Origin: Phycisphaerales bacterium
Lineage (GTDB): Bacteria > Planctomycetota > Phycisphaerae > Sedimentisphaerales > Anaerobacaceae
DNA length: 64,000 bases
Assembly: GCA_020352215.1 (NCBI GenBank)
Contig: CP070675.1
Coordinates: 4,626,137-4,690,136 of the forward strand
Direction of reading: 5' to 3'
Within the stretch, counting starts at the first letter, position 1; each line of letters starts with the position of its first letter. The notes below the pieces were generated by a model that searched no databases, was not told the DNA's origin, and saw only the letters and a program-made list of their open reading frames with translations. The position numbers were made by a program, and so were the translations under genes. Shown here piece after piece: positions 17,224-24,778 of this stretch.

Positions 17224-18719
17224 GCGTCCTTCTCCTCGACCGATTTGGTGGCTGCTTGCTCTTCGCGTTCCTTTTCCTGGCGTTCCTGTTCCTTGCGCAG
17301 CTCTTGCTTCTCTTGTTCAATGAGGGCCTTGGCGTCGATAAATTGCTGCCTAAGATCTATCTTGGACGGGCAAACAAAGGAGCAGAGCCCACATTCGACA
17401 CAGAGATCCACGCGGGCCATATCGACCTCTTCAATCAAATCCCGGTACAAATACTTGTGGATCAGATGGGGCATAATCCCGGCGGGACATACGTCCTCAC
17501 AGAAACTGCAGGAGATGCAGGGCCGGCCTTCGCCTCGCATCCCCGTGGTGAACCGCTCGTGGAACTTGACCCTCAGCGAACTCAAGAAGCAGCCCGCGTA
17601 ACAGCTCCGGTCCCAGCCCGGCCTGATAAATCCGAGGAATTCTCTATCTTCCAGTTCGGGAAGAACGGTCAGCCCTCTGCACTCAGTGTCCAGCCCCAAA
17701 GCTTCGGCTCCCAGAGGTTCGCCGGTAAGGATGCCTCCGTTGATCAGTCGCGCAGCGGGTTCGAATACGTACCGTTCCTTGATCATTTTAATCGGATATC
17801 CAGGCATAACATTGAGGTGAGCGGGCGAATTGACCCCTATTCCGCCAATTGAGACAATCCTGATAAGGCAGGGTTTCGTAAGGGTCAATGCGCGGTCCGT
17901 TGCGAGGACTCCTTCGGTTCGGACGGCCCATATGGGTCCGTTGCTACGCTTGAGGCCCAGCCTGCGAGCCAGAATGGCAACGTGGTCGTGCGGGTACCTG
18001 AGCGGTATCTCAACGATCTTTACCCACGCATACCCGCGTATGTGGTTTCGAAGCAGATTCACAAACTCAGATTCCACATCGGGCATCACTAAGTATATCG
18101 GCTGGTATTCCAGAAGAGACTGCAGTTGTTCGAGACCCCTCGTGAAATTCAGGAGGCGATTGCGAAGCTGTGCATCTCCTCGGGCCACAAAAGGCTCCAG
18201 ACTCGCAATGGAGACAATTATCGCCTGTGGCGTGCCCAGTGGATCGGGCACCGCGCCGGTGTAGGCATCGTAGAAGAATTCCCACGCCCCCAACGTTACT
18301 AATTTGTACCGCTTTATGCCTCCGGCGCCCATCTCCTGCTCTAGGTGCAACAGTTCCTCTTCGGCCATATCGGCGTGCTCTTGGACCTTGGCCGCGTCCT
18401 CTATTACTATGTGGCCCGGCACCTTCTCTAACCGCACTTTCCCCCCACGCGGTGCGAGCAAGGGCACGCCGAAGTTGTCTGGGTCCCTTGCCAGGATATC
18501 GCCGGCGTTCACATACTCGCCCTCCTTTACGCTCAGTTCACTGAACGCAAAGCGCTTACTGCGCAATGGCAAGTAGAGAACGCTGGGTTCGGGCATGAGC
18601 CTTACCGTGGATTCGGGTCTGCCCTGCAATAATACGTTGTAGCCGCCTTTCAACTTCACTGTACCCTTTCTCTTCTCTGTGGCCTCGAATTCGATCCAAG
18701 AAAGAACGGACACGTCCAC
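17220..18719 (-). CDS. nqrA: NQR subunit A homologue retaining two RnfC-type 4Fe-4S binding motifs
   Basis: NqrA-like N-terminus (KGGYNVLLQGRPE...LLAPRGGKV) and first position in the operon. The C-terminus carries CISCSFCEDVCP and CVECGLCSFVCP (both CxxCxxCxxxCP), then a charged tail. I did not see a GGAGFP-type FMN/NADH site. Confidence 0.8.
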   Translation of the reverse strand: MDVSVLSWIEFEATEKRKGTVKLKGGYNVLLQGRPESTVRLMPEPSVLYLPLRSKRFAFSELSVKEGEYVNAGDILARDPDNFGVPLLAPRGGKVRLEKVPGHIVIEDAAKVQEHADMAEEELLHLEQEMGAGGIKRYKLVTLGAWEFFYDAYTGAVPDPLGTPQAIIVSIASLEPFVARGDAQLRNRLLNFTRGLEQLQSLLEYQPIYLVMPDVESEFVNLLRNHIRGYAWVKIVEIPLRYPHDHVAILARRLGLKRSNGPIWAVRTEGVLATDRALTLTKPCLIRIVSIGGIGVNSPAHLNVMPGYPIKMIKERYVFEPAARLINGGILTGEPLGAEALGLDTECRGLTVLPELEDREFLGFIRPGWDRSCYAGCFLSSLRVKFHERFTTGMRGEGRPCISCSFCEDVCPAGIMPHLIHKYLYRDLIEEVDMARVDLCVECGLCSFVCPSKIDLRQQFIDAKALIEQEKQELRKEQERQEKEREEQAATKSVEEKDA

Positions 18720-19305
18720 TCAATGATGTGGCTTATATAAGCACAAGTCATACGAGCCTGCAATAGATTCTAATGCGTCATTCTGCGGTGCGCGGCAACT
18801 TTGTGCATGTCGTCTTTGGCGCGGTCTGAATCACTTTTCGGAGCAATCAACGGCGCCTGTATAGACTATGCTACCGTATCCGAGTATTTTCTTCAATCTG
18901 CAGCCCGATCGTTACGCGAGCACAAGCGACAAGAAAGGCCGCATTTCTCAATTATGAGAACCTCGCGTCGGAACATTCGAACTGCCAGGTGCTTCGCAAG
19001 TTTGCACAGCAGCAGTGGATGTGACGGTGTCAGATCGCCATTCTTCCGCGCCTATAGGCGCGCTGATCTTCTCGACTGCGTTCCATCCTCTGCGGGCGAG
19101 TGTGTCGCAACGCCGTCTGTGCAACACGGATAGGTCTTGACTTGCTTTTCGAATCCATCTATCGCGGTTGTAATAGCGAGCACATTGAAAAGGACTGGCG
19201 CGGTGTGCGACTTGAACTGTCTCTTGCGCGTGGTGCTTCGCCTACGAGTTGAAACGCGGTGATTCGGCTGTGGCAAGCTGGTGGACAAAGGGCGTGCCTT
19301 TTCGC

Positions 19306-19335
19306 TTGACTGAAGTGCGCCGAGTGCAGTATACT
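19306..19335 (+). promoter_or_regulatory. Sigma70-type promoter upstream of the cobA-hemD leader
   Basis: TTGACT (19306-19311), an 18-nt spacer, then TATACT (19330-19335). Confidence 0.55.
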
Positions 19336-19341
19336 CGCGTC

Positions 19342-19418
19342 CTGGGAAACGGCACTGATGTTGGGCAAACGCCGGTCAGGCCCAAGTCTGTGGCGGCCTG
19401 TTAGTGCGAAGTACTCGG
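19342..19418 (+). promoter_or_regulatory. Candidate structured 5' leader (riboswitch- or attenuator-like) of cobA-hemD
   Basis: It lies between the promoter and a terminator. Helix GCACT (19352-56) pairs with AGTGC (19403-07). Hairpin TTGGGC (19361-66) pairs with GCCCAA (19380-85). The hairpin loop contains CGCC (19370-73), complementary to downstream GGCG (19392-95), which allows a possible H-type pseudoknot. Confidence 0.4.
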
Positions 19419-19459
19419 CTGTGATTCTCATTTGTGAGAATCTCAGATTTTTTTCTTTT
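19419..19459 (+). terminator. Intrinsic terminator (attenuator) 35 nt upstream of the cobA-hemD start codon
   Basis: Stem CTGTGATTCTCA / TGAGAATCTCAG (11 bp with one T.T mismatch), loop TTTG, then A-TTTTTTT-C-TTTT (19447-19459). Confidence 0.6.
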
Positions 19460-19492
19460 CGCTTTAAAAAGAGGCTTGGTGGGGGCACTAAG

Positions 19493-20872
19493 ATGTCAAA
19501 GGGGAAAGTCTATCTTGTTGGGGCCGGCCCAGGTGATGCAGAGCTGATCACGCGGAAAGGATATCAACTGATATCGCAGGCCGACGTTATTCTCCACGAC
19601 CACCTGATACCGACGGAGCTGCTCAGGGTCGCCAGAGCAGACGCTGAGGTCATATCGGTAGGCAAGTATGCGGGGCGGCACACGATGCCACAATCAGAGA
19701 TCAATGCGCTGCTGGTGGAAAAGGCCCGGGGCAACGGGACCGTGGTTCGGCTCAAGGGCGGTGACCCCTATCTGTTTGGGCGGGGAGGCGAGGAGGCCGA
19801 AGCCTGTGTGGAGGCGGCAATAGACTTCGAAGTTGTTCCCGGCATCACCAGCGCCCTGGCGGCTCCCTGCTACGGTGGCGTACCGCCCACGCATAGAGGT
19901 TACGCGTCAAGCGTTGCCTTAGCCACGGGACATCGCAGAGATGAGAAGAAAGTCGAGCCCCCCAGAGCAGACACCCTTGTCTTTCTGATGTCGGTGGCAA
20001 ACATCGAAGAGATAATCAAGACACTTCGGGAGTCGGGATGGCCCAGCGAGACTAGAATTGCAGCAGTCGAGAATGGCACGCGCTACGACCAACGGGTTGT
20101 CGAGGGGACTTTGGAGAGCTTTGTGGAAGTAGCGCAGCGCGCACGTTTGCGAACTCCGGCGGTATTCGTTGTTGGCCAGGTCGTGGCACTTAAGGAGAAG
20201 TTGGATTGGTTTGGCAAGAGGCCGAAGATACTTCTGCCCGGCATGCACCCTGAGAAATATGGCCATCTCGGGACTGTTGTTCACAGGCCTTTGATCCGGT
20301 GCGTGTCACTTGAGGATCACACTAAAGCTGATGCGATACTCAGCAGACTGTCCCCCTATGATTGGCTCGTGTTTACCAGCACGAATGGCGTGAGTTTCTT
20401 CTTTGAAAGGCTGCATGCTATCGGGCTCGATGCGCGAGCCCTCGGGTCGGTGAAGGTCGCGGCCATCGGTAAGACGACCGCCGAACAACTCAAGGGTTAC
20501 GGCGTGCTGGCAGATATGCTGCCGGAATTGGAATCGAGCGTTGGTCTGCTCAGAGAGTTTCGGAAGATAGATGTTGAAGGCAGGAAGATTCTGCTTGTGA
20601 GACCCAAGGCCGGCGCGAGCGGGCTGTCGGATGGCCTTGCCGAGGCCGGCGCTACGGTTGACGCGGTGGTTGTGTATCGAAATATAGAAGTCGAGCCAGA
20701 CGAAGTTGACTTTGACTATATCGACCAGATCCTATTCACAAGTGGGTCAACTGTTCGGGCTTTCTTGAGCCGGTACGGTTCCGTGCCGGCCGGTGTCAAG
20801 GTGTATTGTCTGGGTCAGCCTACATTGGACGAGGCGAGCAAGCATGGTATTAAAGCAGAGCTTCTGCCGTGA
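19493..20872 (+). CDS. cobA-hemD: Fused uroporphyrinogen-III C-methyltransferase / uroporphyrinogen-III synthase
   Basis: SUMT N-terminus (KVYLVGAGPGDAELIT, RLKGGDPYLFGRGGEE, VVPGITS). The C-terminal half is HemD-like (WLVFTSTNGV, ILFTSGSTV). The start is set at MSKGK (19493), downstream of the terminator. Confidence 0.85.
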   Translation: MSKGKVYLVGAGPGDAELITRKGYQLISQADVILHDHLIPTELLRVARADAEVISVGKYAGRHTMPQSEINALLVEKARGNGTVVRLKGGDPYLFGRGGEEAEACVEAAIDFEVVPGITSALAAPCYGGVPPTHRGYASSVALATGHRRDEKKVEPPRADTLVFLMSVANIEEIIKTLRESGWPSETRIAAVENGTRYDQRVVEGTLESFVEVAQRARLRTPAVFVVGQVVALKEKLDWFGKRPKILLPGMHPEKYGHLGTVVHRPLIRCVSLEDHTKADAILSRLSPYDWLVFTSTNGVSFFFERLHAIGLDARALGSVKVAAIGKTTAEQLKGYGVLADMLPELESSVGLLREFRKIDVEGRKILLVRPKAGASGLSDGLAEAGATVDAVVVYRNIEVEPDEVDFDYIDQILFTSGSTVRAFLSRYGSVPAGVKVYCLGQPTLDEASKHGIKAELLP

Positions 20873-20893
20873 GATGAGAGAGTATGACGGGGC

Positions 20894-21514
20894 ATGAGAA
20901 TGGACAAGAATGGGACAGATTTTGATGCGGTCTATGATGAGTTCTACACGAGGATAAGTCGCTATCTGAAGCAACTTGTCGGGGAGCGCGAGGCCGAAGA
21001 CCTGACCCAAGAAGTCTTCATCAAGGTCAACAAGGGCTTGAGTGATTTCAAAGGGCAGTCCAAACTCTCGACCTGGATATACCGGGTTGCAACTAATACC
21101 GCTCTGGACAGAATGCGAAGTTCATCTTTTCAGCGCGATAGGCAGAGAATACGGCTGGAGAACCCAGGTGATGCATCCGAAGGGAAGGGCGAAGATGTCT
21201 GTGTAGATGAGAAGGGTCTCTCGGCGGAGCGAGAAGCCATCCGAAAAGAAATGACCGAGTGCATTCGCAGCTTTGTTGGCCGGCTACCGGAGAATTACCG
21301 AACCGTTCTGGCACTCAGCGAATTGAAGGACCTGAAGAACCACGAGATTGCCGAGATACTTGGAGTCAGCCTCGACACCGTCAAGATCCGATTGCATCGT
21401 GCGAGGGTGAGGCTGAAGGAGGAGTTTGAGGGGGGCTGCAGTTTTTACCACGATGAGGATGGACAGCTTGCCTGTGACCGAAAAGGGAGAAATCCGGATA
21501 AGAAACAAGAGTAA
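20894..21514 (+). CDS. ECF-type RNA polymerase sigma-70 factor
   Basis: Region 2 (AEDLTQEVFIKV, WIYRVATN) and region 4 HTH (HEIAEILGVSLDTVKIRLHRAR). A short Cys-containing C-terminal extension follows. Confidence 0.8.
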   Translation: MRMDKNGTDFDAVYDEFYTRISRYLKQLVGEREAEDLTQEVFIKVNKGLSDFKGQSKLSTWIYRVATNTALDRMRSSSFQRDRQRIRLENPGDASEGKGEDVCVDEKGLSAEREAIRKEMTECIRSFVGRLPENYRTVLALSELKDLKNHEIAEILGVSLDTVKIRLHRARVRLKEEFEGGCSFYHDEDGQLACDRKGRNPDKKQE

Positions 21515-21604
21515 GTGTGCTGTTTCTTGGCGGCTCCCGTCAACCTGTGTCGAGGCTGAATAGTGGAATCAGAGAATCGACCGCGGGCTTAGTGATGCGC
21601 CACC

Positions 21605-22150
21605 GTGCCTGATCAAAGCGAACAGATAGTAGTACGACGGGCCGTAAAGAATGACGCCGAGCCTCTGGCTGAAATCGGGAAACTAACCTTTACACTCTCG
21701 TACAAGAGCATCATTCCACAGGATGAACTCAAGAGCTACACAAGCCGAGCCTTCGGTGTCGATCGGTTGCGATCAGAATTGGCGGATCCGAAGATTACCT
21801 ACCTGTTGGCTACTGTCCAAGGTAGCCTTTGCGGATACGCCAGGCTTGAGCCGACTCAACCGCCCCCGGAAATTGATGGACCTCGTCCGATCGAATTGAC
21901 GCGTCTCTATGCGATGCCTCGCTGGGTCGGCAGGGGGGTAGGCACAAAACTGATGAACGCCATCTTGGGAACTGCGGTCAGGGGTGATTACGAGTCATGT
22001 TGGTTGCGTGTGTGGCAGGGCAATGATCGTGCGATCACGTTCTACCTTGGCTGGGGTTTCCACACGGTCGGCAGCGAACAATATTTCGTAGGTCGAACTT
22101 CCAGGATGGTTCTTTTGATGATGGGTTCGCTGAGCGAATTGGGGCGGTGA
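21605..22150 (+). CDS. GNAT-family N-acetyltransferase
   Basis: 181 aa. The acetyl-CoA-binding segment is LYAMPRWVGRGVGTKLM, with ...ITFYLGWGF following. GTG start as given in the ORF track. Confidence 0.7.
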   Translation: MPDQSEQIVVRRAVKNDAEPLAEIGKLTFTLSYKSIIPQDELKSYTSRAFGVDRLRSELADPKITYLLATVQGSLCGYARLEPTQPPPEIDGPRPIELTRLYAMPRWVGRGVGTKLMNAILGTAVRGDYESCWLRVWQGNDRAITFYLGWGFHTVGSEQYFVGRTSRMVLLMMGSLSELGR

Positions 22151-22151
22151 G

Positions 22152-22577
22152 ATGTTTGTCGGACATTATGGCATTGCGTTCCTATTGAGAAAGAGATTCA
22201 GACAGATCCCGTTGTGGCTATCCTTTGTTTTAGTTCAGCTCGCTGACATTCTTGCGTTTGCATCTGTGCTATTAGGTATTGAACGGATGGCCTACAAAGA
22301 GTGTCCCAATCCTTTCCTCAGGACAGCTATTGAATATGTTCCTTATTCGCACTCCTTAATTTGGTAACGCGATTCTCACATCGGCCGTTCTCCTGATCTT
22401 CTGGAAGCTCCAGGATAGAACGTGGGGCATTGCACTTTCAGGTGGAGTGCTGTCGCATACTCCGCGATGTTCTTTGCCCCCGAAGCAGAAGCGACACGGG
22501 CTCAGGCAAGTGTCGTGAGCCTTTGTCTTTACGCCGCATTCAATGGCTTGGCTTACTGGGGTGACAGGAAGAAATGA
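22152..22577 (+). pseudogene. Decayed membrane-bound metal-dependent hydrolase (YdjM/YbcI-like) gene
   Basis: The 71-aa ORF MFVGHYGIAF...PYSHSLIW stops at 22368. The family-like sequence continues in the +1 frame (NAILTSAVLLIFWKL...GGVLSH). It then continues in a third frame (YSAMFFAPEAEA...LAYWGDRKK*). That implies at least two frameshifts and a probable internal deletion. Confidence 0.5.
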
Positions 22578-22649
22578 ACACACAAAATGCGTGTTGGGAA
22601 TTATCGCGTGCAATACATACTCGGCAACCTGCACTCTCCCAAAGCGGCA

Positions 22650-23150
22650 TTACTGATATGTCGTGCTTTGTCTTGTCGCTCCCCGTTTCGGTTTCTTCTT
22701 TGCGCTCTTAAGAGACTCGGACAAGCCGTAGAACCGATGGTCCGGATGATTCCAGGCAGCCGCGGCTACGCTCGTATCGGCAAGTAATCGGTTGACCTCA
22801 TCTGTGGCTCTGACCCATTCGGCGTAAATGCGGCAGTTTTCCGTCGTTCCTCCACAGTCACAGTGCTTCAAGAAACACTCTGAAAATAACGGCCCGCCTT
22901 CCATCGCTTCGAAAAGCTCAAGCAAGCTGATCTCTTCCGGCCGCCTGGCGAAGACGTATCCCCGATCGCTGCCTCTTACAGCTCTGACGAAACCCGCTCC
23001 CACGAGCCGTTGAAATATTTTGGCGAGATACCCTGGCGGAATTCCCTCTCCTTTGGCCATCGTCTCCGTTGTGACTGGCAACTGTGTAATGTGCCTGACC
23101 ATGAACATCAGAGCGTGAAGCCCATACGCCGTAGCCTTGCTGATCCTCAT
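22650..23150 (-). CDS. Rrf2-family transcriptional regulator (probable Fe-S type)
   Basis: MRISKATAYGLHALMFM... is the winged-helix N-terminus. A Cys cluster (CFLKHCDCGGTTENC) is present. The start is set at the internal Met at 23150. Confidence 0.8.
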   Translation of the reverse strand: MRISKATAYGLHALMFMVRHITQLPVTTETMAKGEGIPPGYLAKIFQRLVGAGFVRAVRGSDRGYVFARRPEEISLLELFEAMEGGPLFSECFLKHCDCGGTTENCRIYAEWVRATDEVNRLLADTSVAAAAWNHPDHRFYGLSESLKSAKKKPKRGATRQSTTYQ

Positions 23151-23334
23151 TGCCTTACTCCTCTCACGCGTGCATGATATGCCCATGACATATTGCTGCC
23201 AATTGGCCCGTATTGTTCATTTCCGGCCGGTCGCGGCACCTTGTTTGGCCCTTCCATAACTGCCTACTGCGACCAATCTCCGCGGCCTTCAGGATAGATT
23301 TCTCAGATTCTGCAGGGCCTCAAGATTCACACAG

Positions 23335-24720
23335 TCATGCCGATTGCCTTTGCCCTTTCCTCCTGTGCTCGCAGGGGTCGATTTCGAGCTCGTCAATCTT
23401 CCTGTACAAACTCGATAAGCCCACCTTCAGAGCCTTTGCAGCCTCGGCTTTGTTCCAATCATACTTGTTCAAGACTTGGCGTATGTGTTCTTTCTCATAC
23501 GCTTTGACGGCGTCGTAGAGCACATCGTTGCCTTGACTGACTGCTGTGGCCCCGGACCCTACGAATCCAATGTCCGAGACCCTTATGATATCATCCTCAG
23601 CAAATATCACCGCTCGCTCAATCACGTTCTGCATTTCCCTTACGTTACCCTTCCACTCATAACTCATGAGCATACGCATGGTCTCGTCGCTGACCCCAGT
23701 GCACTGCTTGCTCATCTCGGCATTGTACTTCTTTATGAAATGATTCACCAGCAACGGGATATCTTCTTTTCTGTCACGCAGGGGTGGCAGGTGAATACCC
23801 ACAACGTTCATCCTGTAGTATAGATCTTCTCTGAACCGCTCCTCCCGTATCTCGTCAAGCAGATCCCGGTTGGTGGCGGCAACGAACCTCAGATCAGTAG
23901 CTATAGGCTCGGTGGAGCCCACGGGCAGTATTTGTTTGTCTTCAACCGCCCGCAAGAGCTTTGCTTGACAACTGATGGGCATCTGGCCAATCTCGTCGAG
24001 AAATAGAGTCCCGCCACCCGCAGTCTCGAAAAGCCCTTTCTTGTCCTCATGGGCAGATGTGAAGCTTCCTTTCTTGTGACCAAACAGTTCACTTTCCAGC
24101 AGATTCTCGGGTATTGCCCCGCAGTTGACCGCAACGAAACGCTTGCCATTCCTCGAACCCAATGAATGTATTGCCCGCGCGACCAGTTCCTTGCCGGTAC
24201 CGCTTTCTCCCGTGATCAGGATGTTGCTCTTGGTTCGAGCCACCTTCCGGATCATCTCAAAGACTTGCTGCATCGACTGCGTACGGCCTACGATCTGCTC
24301 AATGCTAAACTGGCTGCCCAACTCGCGTTTGAGCTCCTGATTCTCCTCCTCCAAGTCCAGATACCGCAGTTGCTGTCGCAGTTTTGCCAACATTTCATCA
24401 AATATGACGGGCTTCATCACGTAGTCGCAGGCGCCCAGTCTGATCGCCTCGACTGCCATCTCCACCGTGCCGTACGCTGTTATCATTATCACACGTGTCT
24501 CGGGGCGAACCTTCATTATCTCTCGCAAGACCTTTATCCCGTCGGCACCCGGCATTTGGATATCCAATATCGCTATGGCGTAAGGCCGCTTCATGACGGC
24601 ATCTATGGCATCGGTGCCGTTAGACACGTCTGTGACTGCAATCCCCTCTTCACGAAGGACCTTGGCAAAAGTTTCTCTGAAAGTTGCTTCATCATCTGCT
24701 AATAGTATTTCATTGATCAT
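23335..24720 (-). CDS. Sigma54-dependent response regulator (NtrC family)
   Basis: Receiver domain (ILLADDE...LDIQMPG). AAA+ sigma54-interaction domain (GESGTGKE, ESELFGH, the KKGSFTSA loop). C-terminal Fis-type HTH (AAKALKVGLSSLYRKI). Confidence 0.9.
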   Translation of the reverse strand: MINEILLADDEATFRETFAKVLREEGIAVTDVSNGTDAIDAVMKRPYAIAILDIQMPGADGIKVLREIMKVRPETRVIMITAYGTVEMAVEAIRLGACDYVMKPVIFDEMLAKLRQQLRYLDLEEENQELKRELGSQFSIEQIVGRTQSMQQVFEMIRKVARTKSNILITGESGTGKELVARAIHSLGSRNGKRFVAVNCGAIPENLLESELFGHKKGSFTSAHEDKKGLFETAGGGTLFLDEIGQMPISCQAKLLRAVEDKQILPVGSTEPIATDLRFVAATNRDLLDEIREERFREDLYYRMNVVGIHLPPLRDRKEDIPLLVNHFIKKYNAEMSKQCTGVSDETMRMLMSYEWKGNVREMQNVIERAVIFAEDDIIRVSDIGFVGSGATAVSQGNDVLYDAVKAYEKEHIRQVLNKYDWNKAEAAKALKVGLSSLYRKIDELEIDPCEHRRKGQRQSA

Positions 24721-24778
24721 GGCTTACTTCATCTTTCACTGTCATATTCTTTCAAATTCCTACCGGCAAGCGTCTACG

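Noticed and set aside
13184-18719. Considered annotating the six-gene membrane complex as RNF, because the first subunit has RnfC-type Fe-S motifs.
   Set aside because: The last gene encodes a 2Fe-2S plus FNR-like FAD/NAD subunit (NqrF) rather than the polyferredoxin RnfB. The first subunit lacks the RnfC FMN/NADH site and has an NqrA-type N-terminus. It is called NQR, with the Fe-S motifs reported as a finding.
19342-19418. Cobalamin riboswitch upstream of cobA-hemD.
   Set aside because: The leader is only about 80 nt. I cannot find the B12-box (GCCACTG-type core) or the multi-helix junction expected of cobalamin riboswitches. It is kept only as an unclassified candidate leader.
23181-23210. 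Sigma54-type promoter (minus strand TGGCAGCAATATGTCA) in front of the Rrf2 gene, downstream of the sigma54 activator gene.
   Set aside because: The -12 element reads TGTC instead of TTGC with the GC dinucleotide at the required spacing. Other TGGCAC occurrences (about 5651 and 12874) have the wrong spacing or the wrong strand.
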